This document shows positions 33,496 to 36,058 of a stretch of 36,058 bases of DNA, one piece after another. The number at the start of each line of letters is the position of its first letter. Position 1 is the first letter of the stretch. The notes under the pieces are model-generated. The model was not told where the DNA came from and searched no databases. It was given only the letters and a program-made list of their open reading frames with translations. Source of the stretch: a virus (Duplodnaviria > Caudoviricetes); the IMG/VR virus record IMGVR_UViG_3300026825_000020, positions 1-36,058 of that record. The stretch is one strand, 5' to 3'. The position numbers and the translations under genes were made by a program.

Positions 33496-35201
33496 TCAAC
33501 GCGACCTACGACCTCGACGGCCAGGGCAGCTTCTCGACCCTGCCGCCCGCGCCGGTGCACCAGCACGCCATTGCCGACGTCATCGGCCTTCAGGCCGCGC
33601 TCGACGCGCGGCTTCAGGAAGTGACGATCCCCGACATCGTGGCAGCCGGAACCCCCGGTCCGACGACCTTTCTCAGGGGCGACGGCGCCTGGGTGCTGCC
33701 GCCGGGTGGCGGCGGGGTGGCCGACGGAGACTACGGGCACGTCACGGTGACCGGGTCGTCCTGGACGATCAACTCGGCCGTCATCGCGCCTGGGATGCTC
33801 ACACCGGAGACAGTCGCGCTCTTCGCCGCGGCCTCTCACGGTCACGCCGCCGCGACCGGCACGACGGCGGGGTTCATGTCGGCCGCGGACAAGTCGAAGC
33901 TCGATACGGTGGCGGAAGGCGCGACCGCGAATGCAACCGACGCGCAGCTGAGGGACCGCGCGACCCACACGGGCGCTCAGGCGATCTCGACCGTCACCGG
34001 CCTCCAGGCCGCGCTCGACGGCAAGGCGGCTGCCTCGCACGGGCACGCCATTGCCGACGTGAGCGGGCTGCAGTCTGCGCTGGACGGCAAGGCGGCCGCG
34101 TCCCACGGGCACGCTCCGGCCGACATCACCGGCTTCGCCGAGGCGGTCGACGACCGCGTCGCGTCGCTTCTGGTGGCGGGGGCGAACGTAACCCTGACCT
34201 ACGACGACACCGGCAACACGCTGACCATCGCGAGTTCCGGCGGGGGCGGCGGAGGCCCCGGCGACGGCGACTACGGCGACATCGTCGTCTCGGCCGGAGG
34301 AACGCTCTGGACCGTCGACACCGGGTCGGTGGGCAACGCCAAGCTCGCCGCAATGGCATCGGGGACCATGAAGGGCCGCGCCTCGGCCGGGACCGGGGCG
34401 CCGGAGGATCTGACGCCGGCGCAGGTCCGGACAATCATCAACGTCGCCGACGGCGCGACCGCCAACGCCAGCGATGCCGACCTTCGCGACCGGTCGACCC
34501 ATACCGGAACGCAGCCGGCTGCCTCGATCACGGGTCTTGCGGCAGTGGCGACCTCGGGCAGCGCCTCCGACCTCGGGGCCGGGACGCTTCCTGCTGCGCG
34601 GCTGCCGTCCTTCGGCTCGGGCGATGTGTCGTTCGCGTCCGGTGGTGGCGCGGGGACGATCGCGAACGATGCGGTGACCAACGCCAAGCTCGCCGACATG
34701 GCCGCGAACTCGGTCAAGGTTCGCGCCGCGGCCACTTCCGGCGACCCGACCGATCTGGCGCTGGCGGCGTCGCAGCTCGTCGGCCGAGGGTCCGGCGGAG
34801 ACGTGGCCGCGATCTCCCTCGGCGCTGGCCTCGACATGTCCGGGACCACGCTGGAAGTCGACTTGGCGGCGGTTCGCCAGGCGGAGATGGAGGCGCAGTC
34901 CGCCACCGCCTACAGCCTCGTCGCGGCCGACAACGGCAAGACGAAGCGGCACACGTCCGGCAGCGCGACGACGGTCACCCTGCCGGCCAACGCAACCACC
35001 TCTCTGCCGGTGGGGCACACGTCGAACCACCTGCAGTTCGGAGCGGGCACGGTGACCATTGCCGCCGCCGCCGGCGTGACGCTGAACGGTGTGACGGCAG
35101 GGGCGGGCGCGATCCAGACGCGCTATCGGGGTCTCGTGACGGTGGTGAAGATCGCGACCGACGAATGGGTCGCGTTCGGCGACATCGCGGCCGTCGCATG
35201 A
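33483..35201 (+). CDS. Side tail fibre with internal repeats
   Basis: GGAGG upstream of ATG 33483; repeats H.HAIADV.GLQ.ALD, GATANA.DA.LRDR.THTG.Q, DGDYG, NAKLA.MA. Confidence 0.85.
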   Translation: MGIVINATYDLDGQGSFSTLPPAPVHQHAIADVIGLQAALDARLQEVTIPDIVAAGTPGPTTFLRGDGAWVLPPGGGGVADGDYGHVTVTGSSWTINSAVIAPGMLTPETVALFAAASHGHAAATGTTAGFMSAADKSKLDTVAEGATANATDAQLRDRATHTGAQAISTVTGLQAALDGKAAASHGHAIADVSGLQSALDGKAAASHGHAPADITGFAEAVDDRVASLLVAGANVTLTYDDTGNTLTIASSGGGGGGPGDGDYGDIVVSAGGTLWTVDTGSVGNAKLAAMASGTMKGRASAGTGAPEDLTPAQVRTIINVADGATANASDADLRDRSTHTGTQPAASITGLAAVATSGSASDLGAGTLPAARLPSFGSGDVSFASGGGAGTIANDAVTNAKLADMAANSVKVRAAATSGDPTDLALAASQLVGRGSGGDVAAISLGAGLDMSGTTLEVDLAAVRQAEMEAQSATAYSLVAADNGKTKRHTSGSATTVTLPANATTSLPVGHTSNHLQFGAGTVTIAAAAGVTLNGVTAGAGAIQTRYRGLVTVVKIATDEWVAFGDIAAVA

Positions 35202-36058
35202 TCCCGGTCGGCCGCCATGTATCGAGCGCGCCGGGCGGCGGCGGCGGGCCGGTCGTTTCCGGCACGACGGGCAGCCCGACGGTCGTCAGCGGCGTCACCT
35301 ACGAAGCGATGTCCGGCACGAGCTACATCTTCAACGGCTCGGGCTCGATCACCTTCTCCTCCGGCGGGACGATCTACTACCTCGTCGTCGGCGGCGGCGG
35401 CCCCGGCGGCCACGGAGGCTTCCAGGCCGGCGGCGGAGGCGGCGGCGGGCAGGTTGTAGAGGGATCGGGCAGCGTCGGCAGCGGCACGCTGACGATCGGA
35501 GTCGGCGCGGGCGGCGCCCCGGCCAGTGCGCACAGCGAGGCGCCCGGCAATGGCGGCACCTCGACGCTGAGCGGTCTGCTGAGCGTCACGGCGCACGGCG
35601 GGCGCTACGGCGGGCAGGGGCTCGATCTCGGGTCCGGTTACGGCGACGGAGGCAGCGGCAGCGGACCTGCCGGCGGCGGCGGATCGAGCGGATCTGGCGG
35701 CACCGGGCTCTACAACGGCGGCAGCGGTTCCGGGGGATCATGGGGCGGCGGCGGCGCTGGTGCGGCGGGCAACGGCGCCGACGGCGGTTCCGGCCCGAAC
35801 GGCAACGGCGGCGCTGGAGTCACCAGCGCGATCAGCGGAACGAGCACGGGCTACGGCGGGGGCGGGGGCGGAAAGAACCGGTTCGGAGCCGGTGGCGCCG
35901 GCACTCACGGCGGCGCCTCGGCACCGTCCGCAAACAACGTCGCAGGCAACGCCGGGACGGCGAACACGGGCGGCGGCGGGTCGGGCGGCGACGAGAACAA
36001 CCCCGGCGGCGCCGGCGGGTCGGGCGTGGTGGTGATCTTCGTCCCGGCGGGCGCTTGA
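35198..36058 (+). CDS. Glycine-rich tail fibre / receptor-binding-like protein
   Basis: ATGA overlap; YLVVGGGGPGG, GGGGGG.V, ANTGGGG.G, G.GGSGVVVI. Confidence 0.8.
   Translation: MIPVGRHVSSAPGGGGGPVVSGTTGSPTVVSGVTYEAMSGTSYIFNGSGSITFSSGGTIYYLVVGGGGPGGHGGFQAGGGGGGGQVVEGSGSVGSGTLTIGVGAGGAPASAHSEAPGNGGTSTLSGLLSVTAHGGRYGGQGLDLGSGYGDGGSGSGPAGGGGSSGSGGTGLYNGGSGSGGSWGGGGAGAAGNGADGGSGPNGNGGAGVTSAISGTSTGYGGGGGGKNRFGAGGAGTHGGASAPSANNVAGNAGTANTGGGGSGGDENNPGGAGGSGVVVIFVPAGA

Larger units (their letters stand above)
1..36058. mobile_element. Mu-like transposable prophage (siphovirus-type tail); ends not in window
   Basis: Repressor / Ner-like / DDE transposase / AAA MuB / GemA / Mor-like / lysis / gp26-gp27-terminase-portal-F-G-I-T head genes / tail, in canonical Mu order. 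Genes are tightly coupled by ATGA, GTGA or TGATG overlaps. Confidence 0.96.

Noticed and set aside
1-36058. Mu ends (TG...CA with transposase sites), tRNA, CRISPR array, tail sheath, mom, gin
   Set aside because: None recognised; the window begins and ends at stop codons, so the ends lie outside.

Overview
The whole window is a GC-rich, apparently intact Mu-like transposable prophage with a non-contractile (sipho-type) tail. Gene order and protein families suggest an alphaproteobacterial, Rhodobacteraceae-type host (inference). Order: leftward immunity operon (S24/CI-like repressor plus a truncated MuF paralog); AT-rich switch with three 16-bp operators; early operon (Cro/Ner-like, ParB-like, MuA transposase, MuB ATPase, DnaA-domain-IV-like, DUF3164, GemA, MT-A70 methylase, Mor/C-like activator); lysis; packaging and head; tail. 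The TG...CA Mu ends and any host DNA are outside the window. Best candidates for new biology: (1) the head MuF protein carries a C-terminal BECR-like nuclease extension and is followed directly by a non-coding, pseudoknot-capable RNA instead of an immunity ORF; (2) a second, toxin-less MuF domain sits in the repressor (lysogeny) operon; (3) a 60-aa Acb2/Tad1-like putative anti-defence sponge lies behind two strong hairpins in the head operon. All family assignments come from motif recognition by eye and synteny, not database searches.
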